A stretch of DNA of 63,445 nucleotides, counting the filler, from Hausera hauseri (taxonomy: Eukaryota): assembly GCA_046269625.1 (NCBI GenBank). It is 13 parts of 13 records of this genome, joined end to end, with 100 filler letters (N's around TTAATTAATTAA, not from the genome) between each part and the next. Parts side by side here need not be neighbours in the genome. Positions count along the whole stretch, not along the records: positions 39,026 to 43,104 come from JBJURY010775313.1; positions 43,205 to 47,878 come from JBJURY010480354.1; positions 47,979 to 52,179 come from JBJURY010704549.1; 10 more parts are not named here. One strand, written 5' to 3'. The notes below the pieces were generated by a model, which saw nothing but the letters and a program-made list of their open reading frames with translations, had not been told where the DNA came from and did no database searches. Below are positions 39,100 through 51,860 of the stretch, piece by piece (the stretch's first letter is position 1; each line of letters begins with the position of its first letter). Position numbers and translations under genes: made by a program.

Positions 39100-42000
39100 A
39101 AAGATATATCAGGAACAATATAACAAAGCTATTTACAACATGCCCATAACATGTCCATGAGGCAGAGTGCATATTCCATTTTCCAGGATGCATCGCTTTT
39201 CATCCATCCAATGTAGGTTCTTCTTCAGCAGTGTTACAGTTTTGATGTTGTGATCTCTAGATAGGATCCTTCGCATTTCGGATATTATGTGTCTGCTCAT
39301 GCAGAATTCTCGCATAGCCAGAGAAGCTGACTTTCTTTGCCAAGGTGGTTCTTTGAACATCCTTGGCCCGCTTCTTTACTTGGCTACATATATCAGTAGC
39401 GTATATCTTTGATCTTAACGTCACAAATCGTGAAATAATTGCCATATTTAACTCATCTTTGAATTTTCCAAGGACCCTTTTGTTCTTCAGAGAAATTCCT
39501 ACGGTCTTTTGGATAGTCGGATGTATCCATACGCTGTGCCAATTGAGAAAAGTCCTCGTAGATGTCGTCTGTATGGATTTGATATATGAAGCTATTAGTA
39601 TTCATATACATAAGTTGCACAGTCTTGAACGTAAGGACCATTATGTCGTAGTGGAAGTCGTACATCAAGGTCTTAGACAAGTCTAATATCGACATACCCA
39701 CACATTGGCGATGTCTTTAGCATATGAATACTGACCAAGTTCTCTGTGTATATGGTGCCGCTGTGGAAGTTCGCCTTAGCAATTAGCTTCTTGGCTCGCT
39801 TCCACTTACATACTAAGTCGATGTTGATCGTGTTTCGGATATCTTCCATCGTTTTGCCAAAAACGCTGTTGTTATATAACTTGAACTCATCTTTTTCAAA
39901 GTCATTTTTGGCGTCGGCCCACCGCTGCGTATTGAGGTCTTTATAAGGTTTCAGCCATGTAAACTGGCTGAACTGTAGGACCCGACGGATCTTCGTGATG
40001 CGGAGTCCATTCTTCATTGCTTGCTGGAGATTGATGTAATAAATTACATACATTTCTCTTTTCTCCATATGACAGTAACTTTTTAAATTTTCCATTAGGT
40101 GGCTGTTTGCTCTGGTATGAAAGACAGCTGTTCATGCCTTGTTTGGATTGACTGGTCATATTGCGCATCCACCTCCAGTATGTAGCCCATGTCTCTATTG
40201 GGATCTACATCTTGTATTGGAAGTCTTCCGGATGATTCATCCATTTGAAGTTGTTATATGGCAATGGGTCGCTCATTGCCCATCCATACAAGTTGTTGGC
40301 AACTAAGTATGTTATATATGCGGATGCCTTGGATGTATCATATTCGGCCATATACTTGTTGTTGGCCTCATTATACCGGTGAATGGCCTGGCATATTCCA
40401 CCCATAATGCCTCTCTCTATCACAAGGATCATGTCATAATCCTTTAGAATCTGCAGTATAATACCGGTATATGTCATCATTGATGCCCAACTTATTCCTG
40501 GAGCTGTAAAGAAATGAACAGGATCCAGCATGTGGCTTGCAAGTGTGACATCCCGGAAGTTTTCAAAGACATCCGTCAGCAGAAGCACATCGGTTTAGAG
40601 ATATATATGTCACAATATTCTCCTATTGTCTTACATTTGAATGTCTTCCAGATCTTTTGTGCGTGTTGATAATCCGCATAGCTGATACGGCTGTCTGACA
40701 GATGCCTATAAAAGTCATTCTTGACTGACACTGATGTTTCATCCAGCGATCCCCGTGATGTTATGTAATCTTACGGGAGAACTCCTTTTCTTTTGACCAA
40801 GTGAAATGCAGCTGGAAAGAACCACTCCGTTTCCTTAAGTCTTTCTGGTGAAAAATTCTTGACCAGGCTGTCAGGTAAAGAAAACATGAAGCGGAAGTCT
40901 ATGAATTGGAGTTTGATTCTTCCTACATGCTTCGTAATGGTGACATTTTTCTCCTAACTGTTTGGGATTACTTCAATATTCTCATCGATGTTTCCTAGTT
41001 CCTGAACAATGAAGTGGGAATAATATCCACTGAGATTTTGAAATACTACAGGTACATATGTGTAAGCTTTGCAATGTAGATTGCGTGAGTGTAGATTGCA
41101 TGTAGACTGAACCTCGATATTTACCTGTAAAATTGCAGTGATTCCTGACTTTATGATTCTCCGTTGTGAAGAATTTGGAGCACAAGTAGCATATTGTTGC
41201 CTCGTGCCATTTTTCTTCTTGCTTTTTTGACATAGTCATTTTATCCAAATCCTTATGCTGCTGCAACATGACTTTAATCCTATAGGCAATTTCTTCTAAT
41301 CGCTGCATAAAATATACTGCTGCATCTGGATCTCTGAATAGAAATAGCTCCTTGTCTAGTCCTTATGCATACATACAATATTATGAGAGTTTGTGATATC
41401 GATATGCTGTCGTGCTGCTTTGATGTTGATTGGGGCTGCAACTCTGAACTGGACTCAAGATAGCCTCAAAGTCGCAGCAGATGTCAATTGGGACTTTGTG
41501 CATTTTTTATATTCTTTGAATTCAATGTAATCTTCTTTGGGGAATTTCTTTCCGATACAGTAATTGCCGTTCCAATATGTTTTTTGTTTTTCAATCTTCT
41601 CCACAGCTAATTCCCCATTGAAATTAGTCAAACATTGTTTGCAAATTTCAAATACTGTCTTATTTTTTGTTGTTTGGGATCTTACTAGACGATTAAAGTT
41701 CTTTATCCAAATAAAATGCTTCTTTTCACTATTATCTTGCAAAAGCAGATCCTTATAGTCCTCCAATTCAGCTTTGCATACTCTTAAAGGATAGAATTTG
41801 TCCGTTTCATCCACTGCAAAGATATTGATGGATGTCTGTTTCACTTGTTCAAATCTCTTGATGTTATCCATTGTTAGTGGAAACGGAATACAATCGAAGT
41901 CATACTCATGTTGGATGTTTTGATATAACGAAACATATGAAGCATGATACTGATCCTTTACATATTTTGACAGAATCNNNNNNNNNNAATCAAATACTGA

Positions 42001-42450
42001 AAGCAAATGTTGCCATCATTTTTCTCATTGATGCATGCCTTTTTCCGTGTAATCCATTCCGTAAGTTGAATATACGAACTCCCTCTTATTGAAGAATACT
42101 TGTGTACATGAATGATCAATTGCTTGATATATGCAAGAGTTCATCCGCTTTTCTTATCCTAGCTCTCCTCAGCTAGCTCTCCTCATGTATAAACTCTGAT
42201 ATATTGCTGGCTTCCAAAATGGCTTATTTTTCGTCCTGAAGGTCCTATTTGATTCCTCGCTATCGACATTGGTGGCGATAATATTAGACAGACTTTGATA
42301 AATTTCAATTCCATCATGTCATCTTATAGGATACCAACAGTTTCGTCCTTTGAATATTCCATGAAATCATAGACTGATATTTGTCCTGTGGCAACTATGG
42401 TATATCGCCTCGCTTTTGTTTTTAATAAATGGTTTTCTGGATTTCTTATG
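39100..42450 (-). pseudogene. Polinton/Maverick-type protein-primed family B DNA polymerase with an endonuclease VII-like insert, degenerate
   Basis: CYLC...KVRNHCNFTG, LLLTDVFENFR, YLVANNLYGWAMS, KLYNNSVFGKTME, GMSILDLSKTLMYDFHY, YMNTNSF (decayed YxDTDS). Confidence 0.9.
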
Positions 42451-43958
42451 AGTGTGCTTTGAATTGAGCATTTGAATTGTTGCGATCCGTTTTAATCCTG
42501 TGTAAATAACTGGTTGCACTGATGTTGTTACAGGAATGGATACATTTTAAGCCATCTTTATGCTCAATAAAAATCATACTCTTTTACTTGGTTGTGAAAC
42601 CACACAAATGAGTTTTATGATCAGCATAAAACTTCTGATAGTTTGACCTGCTTATAATTTCACATTTTTAACATATGAAGAAGTTCCGTTCGTTGAATCT
42701 GTATGCATAATATCGCTGCATTGTACTGTGGCAGTTCTGAGGATTGTGAACATCAGATGTACAATGACTGTACAAATCACATGCGAAATTTTAAAATAGG
42801 TAATGAATTTAGTCCAACGTAATTACAAAAATTACCATTCGTAAAACAAAAGTCATGGTAGGTTTATTTCGATTGAAGATTTGTTTTTTCGATGTTTTAT
42901 AGGATTTGAGATGTTGGTTATGTATATCGTAGAAATCTTTAAAGGTGGTTATACATACTGCCTCACATGTTGAACATACAAAATATTCGCATGTATTAAA
43001 ACTATGACTTAAATATGGTTTCATCACCATGTGACAATTCTGTTCATCATCATGAACATTTGCTAAGCAGTAGATATAGAATTTGCAATTCTAAATAAAA
43101 GGTTNNNNNNNNNNNNNNNNNNNNNNNNNNNNNNNNNNNNNNNNNNNNTTAATTAATTAANNNNNNNNNNNNNNNNNNNNNNNNNNNNNNNNNNNNNNNN
43201 NNNNTGGAAACCACAAAAGTTGACTACAACAAACTTAGCTCTTCGTCCGATGATATTATTATACTAGACCAAAATCCTCAACTGAAAAGTTTTTATTTGG
43301 TAAGTAGTTTAGAAAATGTAGTCCTTCATTATACTGATTTTTTATTAGAAAATGCTTAAGTTGCTTGTTTTTATATTTTTAATGGACGGAGATCGATTCT
43401 CACGTTTATTATGTAATCCGTACTCTTCGATCCACATTAATCCTGAACGCCGGTACTGGTGTAAGAATTGCAATTTTCTCGAATATTTGAACTTGTATTT
43501 TTCAACTCGATTCTATAGGAACGATTGACGCCGATAACGATTGAATAATAACAAGAAACCTCCCGTATAGATCCATGTTCCTTATGTTCACTACTGGACA
43601 TGTAATCCATCTCCTTAGTCTTCTCAACGTTAGCTGTACAGTGAAAATTTTTTGATAGTCGATAACACGGTCACCATCTAGCATGTCAACTTGCTTCAAT
43701 TTGCGACCCTCCCGACGGGGGAGGAAGCATCAATCAAATGATGCTTCCTTTATTCTTTTCCAAACATCGAAAATATCATCAAACTTCTCCATGACTAATA
43801 TTGAAATTTCAAGAATTTAAAATTTTAAGTCAAAATTTGCGCGTAAAAATTTTTATTTTCACCACATTTACAATTTTGACGCATTTAAACAATGCATCAA
43901 TGAAACTATATAAAATTGGTTGATTACGGTTAAATGATAATGTTTGTCTTTTTACTTA

Positions 43959-44685
43959 TGTTATGGTTAGGGTGGCCCTTACTCGTCCCCCACTATAACA
44001 ATATTATTCCTAATTTAAAAATCGCTTCTTGAGCAGGTTAGGATTACTCGTTCTCGAGTAATCTGCTTGTGCCTTAGTAGTTTAGAATAATTTGTCTCTC
44101 AATGCAGGTACTGCGTGCGTTCTATGAATGTCTTAAGTTATAGACTTCTTGTCTTAACTATTTAAGATTAAGTAGAATTTTAACTTAGGGTCGTCCAAAT
44201 CAGCTTTAAGAGCCGATGAAAAACTATCAGATTTTATCACGCAAACAATAAATAATAACCTTTATTGATACACCAATACAATATATAGACAGCTCAATAA
44301 TCGTCAACGACGTACACAAATTGATAATGTTAATGATATAACTTCTTGCACAAAATTTTCAGTTCGGATTCGATTCTGCTTGCTGCGAACCTAAGTCGCA
44401 AAATAAATGTTCGATTCAACTGTTTCAACGTCTGCTTATATACTGTTCATATACACCGACAATCTATTTGTTCTGATTAATTCACCATATTCCCACATAA
44501 TTACATATACATTGATTTTTTTTATCTTTTACCAGTCTACTAATAACGTTTTAAAATATTAAAAATTATCGACATATGCCTTTTCCTACTTGATTTGTTG
44601 TAAATATTTACAATTGTTCAACATATTCGTATTCTCACATATTTACAATTGTTCAACATATTCGTATTCTCACACGATCATAACA
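43959..44685 (-). repeat. Solo LTR-like element (about 727 bp, TGTTA...TAACA) related to the contig G LTR; contains a 35-bp tandem duplication at 44604-44673
   Basis: Shared blocks GGTACTGCGTGC...TTAAGTTA and TTAAGAGC.GA.GAAAAA.CTAT..AGATTTTA, plus a similar terminal hairpin. No clean TSD. Confidence 0.6.
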
Positions 44686-44699
44686 ATAAGTATACTACC

Positions 44700-45400
44700 T
44701 GTTTGACCGAATTCACGTTTCATAAACCCAGATTCCGTACCAATAGTTCATCAAAAGCAAAACATGTAACATTGTCATGTAGTGTAAATGAAATACGACC
44801 ACCAGCGTTTAATTCAAATGTCACTTGCTTGACGGATTTACACAATTCTGTTTCCACAAGTAAAAGATAGGGTAAAAGATTGATTTTGTTATTTGCCAGT
44901 TCACTGTAACATCAGTTTTCATGTTTTTGGAAAAGTTCAATTTTTCTCCTGTTATAATATATCCACTTAGCTGTAGACCTTTCAACCGTACATTAAAAGA
45001 TTGAAACCCCCATGCTTGAACATCAGCTATTGATTTACATTGCAATTCAATTGGATGTAGGTGTTTTAGTATCAATCGATTGCTTCAACGAAAAATATAA
45101 ATCGGGAAATATTGCCGCGTATAATTACGAATATGAAATGTTTGCTTAGAGTCGCGGATTAACTGCAAACGACTAGAAACAGGATAATTCTACAATAGAG
45201 TAAAGTAAATACCATTGTTCTTACGTATTAACATTGGTGAAAATGTAAATGTGAATTCCATCAGAGCCACGCCCCAGGCTCCCTGGCATAAACCGAGCGG
45301 TTGGTCCAAGTACATGATAAATCGTTCAGCCGTATTGTTGTTGTTGTTATTGTTGTCATGTTATGATAATCGGTTACTATATGTACTACATAAATGCCCA
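44700..45400 (-). pseudogene. Polinton minor capsid (penton)-like gene, degenerate
   Basis: N-terminus NNTAERFIMYLDQPLGLCQGAWGVALMEFTF matches the Polinton penton motif N..F...L..PL.L.G.WEVAL.E. It follows the integrase. Confidence 0.55.
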
Positions 45401-46260
45401 TTTAATCTGCGATGCAAATGTGCAACACGGTGCAGGGTTTTCATGCCACTTGACAAGATATTGTTTATTCGAACCTTTGCCATGTGAACGTAAAATTTCC
45501 TGAATACGATATACATAGGATTTCTCTGGCAGTACATGCAGTTCCTGTTCGTAGAATTTACCGCTTATTTCCTCACCGTTTTCATCCTGTAAAAAATACA
45601 TAACAGGTGTTTGTTTTGTGTTGATTGCTGAAATTTGGAAAACTTCGTCGCTCAAGTTCTGATGTAATTCTTAATGAATGGCGTCGTACTTATTTTCGAA
45701 ATACGTACGTAAGCACCGATTTTAGATTTTGGGCGTTTAATTGCTCGTTGTCGGTTTGACGTAATCCATTGATGCCGCGATGTGTTGATTGATTGTATTC
45801 ATGGATAATATTCGGTAATACATGTACCTAACGTTTATCGCCTTGTTTCGTAAAGAATTTGTTTAGTCGACAGCACAGGGTTCGATTAAATCGTTCAACG
45901 TGTGCAGCCTTGTATTGAGAAAACACCAAGTAGTGGTTTACACCGAACTGTTTGAAAACCGATGCGACATTGGAGTTGTAGAATTCTTTACCCAAATCCG
46001 TTTGTACATGCTTCACTGGTTGTTGTTGTTGTTTTATTAATGTGTCAACGTCGTTGGCAAATTCTTTGCCGGATTTATATTTAACAGCAGTTGCACGAGC
46101 GAAACGACTAAACATTTCAGTACGCATCAGCACGTACCGACACCCATCGTTAACGCTAGCGTACGGGATCATTTCCATTAGATTCATTTGCAGTACATTA
46201 TTTACACTTGCGGCACGGTGTGCACGAGTTGGAGACCGTATTCTTATTGGTTTGTTCAGT
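45386..46260 (-). pseudogene. Polinton c-integrase (rve plus chromodomain)
   Basis: VQTDLGKEFYN, KAAHVERFNRTL, SDEVFQI, Y.LQDENGEEISGKFYEQEL, YRIQEIL...QYLVKW. Confidence 0.9.
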
Positions 46261-46534
46261 CTGTATGCTATTTGTTTCCCTAGCTAATATTGGGTTTTTT
46301 GTCGACTCTGTTTTACGATCTTTGCCAGTTTGTCGAGGCCAGTATACCCAACGGGATGATGTGGTTCGAACTATATTTCCATCGTCGGTGTTATCGATGT
46401 CGCTTTTGTTTTCATTACAACAATTAGAACGAAAAGTTAATGTAAAATTTGGTAAAGTGGGACAAAGGATAAAAACCATGTACCAATATCGCTAAGTCAT
46501 CATATACTTACAGTCACTATTTATACTATATTGT

Positions 46535-46860
46535 TGCCACCGATGATACCATCCAGTATTGACATCACAACCGGTGGAATTTCATCAAGGAATCCTCCAT
46601 CCTGCTGGTACATGACCCTTCGTTTCAGTCATTTACTACGAGCGTTGGCAAGATCATTGAGTAGTTTTCGATATTTTAGTAAATTCTGCTTTCCACCACC
46701 AATGTCTACGTGGCCCATAATAATATTGTACAAAATTTCCATTAAATCGTCTACTACAAATTGTGGGAATGATCGTAGCATGTTTCATTTACGTCGTGAG
46801 GATGCTTTAACCAAAGCAATAAAGGATGGTTGACTACGTTTGAAACGCATGTCATCAGTA
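46535..46860 (-). pseudogene. Polinton small core/cement-like protein with QxGGFL motif
   Basis: LMEILYNIIMGHV...KRRVMYQQDGGFLDEIPPVVMSIL, located between the ATPase and the integrase. Confidence 0.55.
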
Positions 46861-47109
46861 CATATTGATGCGTCGACGTAGTAGTTGTTTATAAATGGTG
46901 CCATTTTGATGTTAATTTGCGTCTTGTTGTTGCTGCTGTTGTTGTTCAAAGCACAGAATTGATTAATCGCTTAACTGAGGCATTATGTTTTGCTGTAGTG
47001 GTATTTGATACACGTCTTTTGGACATCTGCTTGGTAGGTTTACGTTTAGCAATTGTTTTTCTGAAATTTTTCATTTTTATACTATCATCATCATGTCGAT
47101 TTTCGAATT

Positions 47110-47760
47110 TTCTATAGACATACACACCTTTCTGATTGAAAATATCTGTTCGTACACACATGCCCTCTGGGAATTAGTGCTTAAAGTCAATAAACAAATA
47201 TCCGTGTGGTTTGGTCGTAACACAATGGTATGCATCTGTTAAGTAGGCCCGTTTGAGAGGAAATGCTTGTCGTGCTATATAATCTACGGCAGTTTAATCA
47301 CAGGGGTTTTTGAACAGTACAAAATAGTGCACATTTACATTTAGTGTTCAATGCTGTCCTCCCTGATGGAACATGTTTTGCGTAATGAAAATAACCGTTA
47401 CACAACGGTGTCGTGCAATCTTCGTGAACAAGTTGTTGAAGTCGATTTGTTTCGTTGCTTGTTGAAATAAATCGTCATACATTAACGTTACCGTTGAGTA
47501 ATCATTCAGACAAGTTCTCATCAAACCCATCTATTACTGTCATCGATTTTAATTTAGAAAATTCTTGATGTGTCAGACCGGACTCTTCACCACCACCCTG
47601 ATGCCAATAAATGTGATTGAATGGCGGTGAATGGAATGTCAGAGTAGTTCTGCAATAGTTTACAAAGGGTGTTTCACCATTTCCACTGGAGCCTACAACC
47701 AGGAAAATTGCATTATTCTGCAGCTTTAAGTTAAGAATAATACTTTTCGTCAGATGTTCA
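47110..47760 (-). pseudogene. Polinton A32/FtsK-like packaging ATPase, degenerate
   Basis: LVVGSSGNGET (Walker A), LMYDDL (Walker B), ARHRCVTVIFITQNMF, KPHGYLFIDF. Confidence 0.88.
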
Positions 47761-47978
47761 TAATCATGAGAGACATTTGCGATTGTTATGACATTCAAAA
47801 TACAATGTTTTCCAGTAAAGATAAAATAGACGGTCAGAGGTTTACATAACTACACTTACAATTTCCTGACTTACGAATNNNNNNNNNNNNNNNNNNNNNN
47901 NNNNNNNNNNNNNNNNNNNNNNTTAATTAATTAANNNNNNNNNNNNNNNNNNNNNNNNNNNNNNNNNNNNNNNNNNNN

Positions 47979-49892
47979 TGGAATTATTGTTATAAAAAGT
48001 CGAATTATTCGTTGACTTTTTTAAAATTGACTTCCCCATTCCGGTCGACTGCGAGGTAGTCGAAATGATATTTATATGTTCAGAAATGTCGCCAGTGGTG
48101 TCGTTCCTCAAACATCGTTGACTGCAGTCAACCAGTAGATTATAATGTGAGAGAAAGTCAGATCCTTGAATTGCCGACTGGACATTAGCGACTGTGAAAG
48201 AAAATTCATTGGAGTGAAAGGTAGTTTAGTCGTGCAAGAAATGTGCAGCGGTTGGCTTGAAGCAGTGTATAAGGATTTGATCTTGAATGGAGTATTTTGT
48301 GTAGAAAAGGATTGTGGTAATAGAGAAATTGCTGCACCTGTGTCAGTGCGAAAGTCAAAAAATTGTGTTGTAGGAGCAGTGATTGCAGCTTTTAGAGTAA
48401 AGACTGCCAAAGAGATGTGTCGGCGTGCAGAAAGTGCATTAGTGCCATCGCCAGAGTTTGCCGTGATTGCTGGCGGCGAACTTAGTTTTTTTGGAAGGGT
48501 GAACTGGGATGACTGTTAGAAAAAAAGGCAGTACGTCCGTCGTTCGTATTGGATTTGAAGGTACATCCAGGAATACACTTATGAGCTTGATTTTTGAACC
48601 TTGCATGGTAAATGCAAACAACGGTGCTCAAGGAAAATTTGTTGTTATAAAATTGGCACCCTAGGCAGCATTTCTAAGCATTAGTGTTGAATCTGCTGTG
48701 GTAATAGCAGACCGACAAACGCGTAGGCGATGGTGAGTGGTTTCGTGACACAGAACGGGTACGATCAGCAGCAAAACCTCCTGGGCGGGACAGAGACAAT
48801 TCGTTCAACTTATTATTTATGTTGTTGATTGTTGCATGCAGTACAATGTTTTCAGCACGTAACCGATTAAGTTGTTGTTCTATAGATGTATTATCGTTTG
48901 AAGCAACTGCTGCAGAAAATACTGGTGGAAAATTTACGTGTATGACATCGTATGTCCTATCGGCCAATTCGGACAATTTGTCAAGCGGCGTGGAGTCTCA
49001 CACCACGGTAAGTAGGGCCCGGATTTGGATAGGTAGCGCATTAAGAAAATAGTGGCGTAGAAGATATGGGTTGTGCTCCTTAGTGACGTCAAGAGTACGT
49101 AAGTGTGCCAACGATTTCGTAGGAAGTAACTTGGTTTTTGTGTCCCCATTGCGTTTTCATTGAAGAAACGTTGCATTATTAAATCAATTGATGGTTCTAT
49201 CTGTTTTAATATAGCGTCAAATAATTGGGCATAAGGGTCAGAGTGTTGAAAGATGTCCAGTAAGTTATGGATTGAGGCTTTTATGGAGTTTGGCAGAAGA
49301 TAAAGTTGGCTGTGGGCTTTGGATAAGGAGTCTGTGATACCGTTGGACTGTAACCAGAGTTGATGGAAGTTGAGCTACGTTTTGCTGGACTTTTCATTAT
49401 CTATAAAGTAGTCAGTGCAATGTGATGTATTGATAGGATTTTTGTTTGAAGAATTTGCGTCGGTTGAAGTAGGTGGATGATTTGGTCTGGTGTAGCAGAG
49501 AATGGGTATTGCCTTTTTTGTGGTGGTTGTATCCGTGGTGTCAATAATTGTCGAAGTGTTCATGCCACCACGGATACGGAGATTTATATTGAAGCAAGCG
49601 TGATTTGAAAAAGAAAGTAAAGTTTTGTTGAGATGTATGATAGTATCGTGATGGCTGAGGTAAAAGTTGGAAGAACCAAGAAAGGAAGAAATGCAGGTCT
49701 GAAGGATGGGAATGTGTGGATGTGTTGTATTGAGGGTGTAGATGTGTATATTGTTAAAAAAGAAAATGGAAGTGGAAGCAGTGGTGCGCCTGCGGACATG
49801 GTGTGGGGCCAACGCCGAAGGCGCCGTCCGACTGACTGGCGCAGGGTTGGCGGTCGGGACCTCCGCCTCGGTGAGGCGGGTACCAAATTGCA
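47979..49892 (-). mobile_element. Gypsy element 5' part: LTR end (CTGCA), PBS-like TGGTACCCGCC, Ubl-gag, protease
   Basis: gag homologous to contig C (DYF...SS.TWL.FH..WL.SN.ITD; CYYHSRF..KC and CIYHARF..KC). Protease TDTGAAISLLP near 48345. Confidence 0.9.
49564..49799 (-). other. Ubiquitin-like leader ending LRIRGG directly before the Gag Met at 49563
   Basis: IFFFNNIHIYTL..IPILQTCISSFLG.SNFYLSHH..IIHLNKTLLSF...CFNINLRIRGG|M. Confidence 0.7.
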
Positions 49893-49917
49893 GGGTGGCT
49901 GTTCTTTGTGTTTGCTT

Positions 49918-50391
49918 GAATACTTCTCGGTAGATTTGGTTAGTGGACTGTGGTTGCATTCGATACATTTGTATTGTCCGATGGAACGACAAACCGCGAC
50001 CAGATGCTACCCGTGTAACGGCAAATATGGAGTATATAATGATCTGGTCCATGTAACGGTGTTTCATTAGATTGGTTTCGTCCGTGATTACATGTTCAAA
50101 TGTTATCCATATCTTACGTACGAGTTCACAACGGATGTAAAGGCGGTCGCATAAGCCTCGAAATCGAAGACTGCTCAGGAAATAGATGTCAAAAAATAGA
50201 GCAAGAGAATCGTGGCGAATCGAATACGGCGTATTAGCACTCGTCTCTACTTGTGTCGTGGATAATTTGTCATCCTCCGACGATGACAAAAGCTGTGCAG
50301 TAGCTTTTGCAGATTCATGATCATGCTTAAATGGACCCTGATTCATTTGACTACTCGAAGTATTCGGTCCAGCAACTCGCTTACCAGTCAA
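49918..50391 (-). pseudogene. RBL1: Retinoblastoma-like (p107/p130) pocket B fragment
   Basis: SLALFF.IYFLSSLRFRGLCDRL....ELVRKIWITFEH......LMKHRYMDQIIIYSIF...SF..TIQMYRMQPQST.QIYREV. Confidence 0.88.
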
Positions 50392-50879
50392 TATTGATGA
50401 TTTCGTTGCTCTTCTCTCTCGGTCTGAATCAACAATGAGTTTAAATAACTGTTCACTACGTTTGACCGGCGTTTAAAAAGTTGGATCAAAATAGATGTTC
50501 AATGAAACGTCAACATTAATTTTTCCTTCGTAGGTGGAAGATACAATGTTATTAGTTGAAAGATCACAGTGAGTTTGGTTATCAAACCTCTTCAAAATAC
50601 ATAAGGCTTTGAACCAGTTATCACTATGGATTTGGACACTTTTCAGAGGGATATTTACGTTTATCGAGGAAGGTAAAATAAATACTGGTATTTGTGGTTG
50701 TCGGCGTGAGTCGACAATTTGTGTAATTGACAGTAAGATACAGTCCCGTATCGTCGCTATATTTTTTTGAGTTTAACATAAAAGATCACTTGCAAGAATT
50801 ATATCTACGCAGGTAAAATTGATGACACCAAATATTGTAATGTTCCAAAACAGTCATACTATATGAATTGCAAATAACG

Positions 50880-51600
50880 ACTGGTGCAATGGTTGTCGCC
50901 AATATAGCCGTGTTACAAAGTACTCCAATATTTGTTGATGGGGTACAAGTTGCTCTGTTATAGGGAAACAGATTGTTACAGTTGCTTATAGCGGAACTGC
51001 CAACTGGACAGGTTAAGGAAGTAAAGCCACCGATTATAAAATCAGTTGTCGAATAGGCAATTGTTGGCTGAGAAGTATTGTTATATTGGCAAAGCATTTT
51101 ACGAAAAAGTGGCTTCATTTGTTCCAAAATTGCGATAATTTCCACAGAATGCGTACTTGTTAACGTCATCCGTAACGTAAAGTGCTCCAGAGGAACTGTT
51201 AATGTCTAATGTACATGTTAGATTTCGGCATACTTCGTCAGTTGACGGATTGTACGGAAGTGTGAAAAACTCGTGAAAACCTTCATTATTACTGTCACAT
51301 GGCGAATACAGCATCAGTGCACCATAAAATAACAGACAATCCGTTGCGGTGCAATTGACCACGCGCAAACTAGTAGCCGGTGGCAACCACTTGGTGGAAA
51401 TCAATGCCAACCCATTGAGTATATTTGAATCACTGGTACCAGTATAATTCATCAATTTACACGTGAGTGATGCTGTTATATCATCATAGATGTAATTCAT
51501 GCAGATTTTTGACCGATTTCCATTGCCGAAATCGACAGTGATGACACCATTCGGCTGTATAACGTTACCAATGTAATATTGTAACGGAATATTATTATCC
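50880..51600 (-). pseudogene. Two degenerate SRCR-like domains
   Basis: NGVITV..G....ICMN..DD.TASLTCKLMNY and GALYV....AFCG..FGTNEA...KML...CPVGSSAISNC...C....NIGVLC follow the SRCR cysteine pattern. Confidence 0.55.
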
Positions 51601-51704
51601 ATACAAACATCCTCATTATCATCACCACGAGATACCATAGCAACAATTTGCGATGTAGAATCAATAACACGACGCCGTCATCCATCAATACTGGTAGATG
51701 ATGA

Positions 51705-51860
51705 TGGGATAAATTCCACAACAACAGCGACATTCAAATTATGATAACGCACCAAATCTGGACCAAATTTATACAATTCTGTATGGCATTCAGTCTCAAC
51801 AAATCCAAAATTGTCCTTCAATATAAAAACGGTGCCACGCATTGTCTTTATCGATATTGG
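51705..51860 (-). pseudogene. CSDE1: Cold-shock domain fragment of a CSDE1/UNR-like protein
   Basis: RGTVFILKDNFGFVETECHTE...VVEF, compared with UNR GYVATLKDNFGFIETANHDKE. Confidence 0.65.

Noticed and set aside
44190-44240. Hammerhead ribozyme or Penelope pLTR in the repeat shared by G and J
   Set aside because: I found no CTGANGA...GAAA core with proper stems. TG..CA termini and a PPT fit an ordinary LTR.
49863-49879. GC hairpin CCGCCTC-GGT-GAGGCGG as a Helitron 3' terminus explaining the gene mosaic
   Set aside because: No CTRR follows on either strand. It overlaps the PBS-proximal Gypsy leader.
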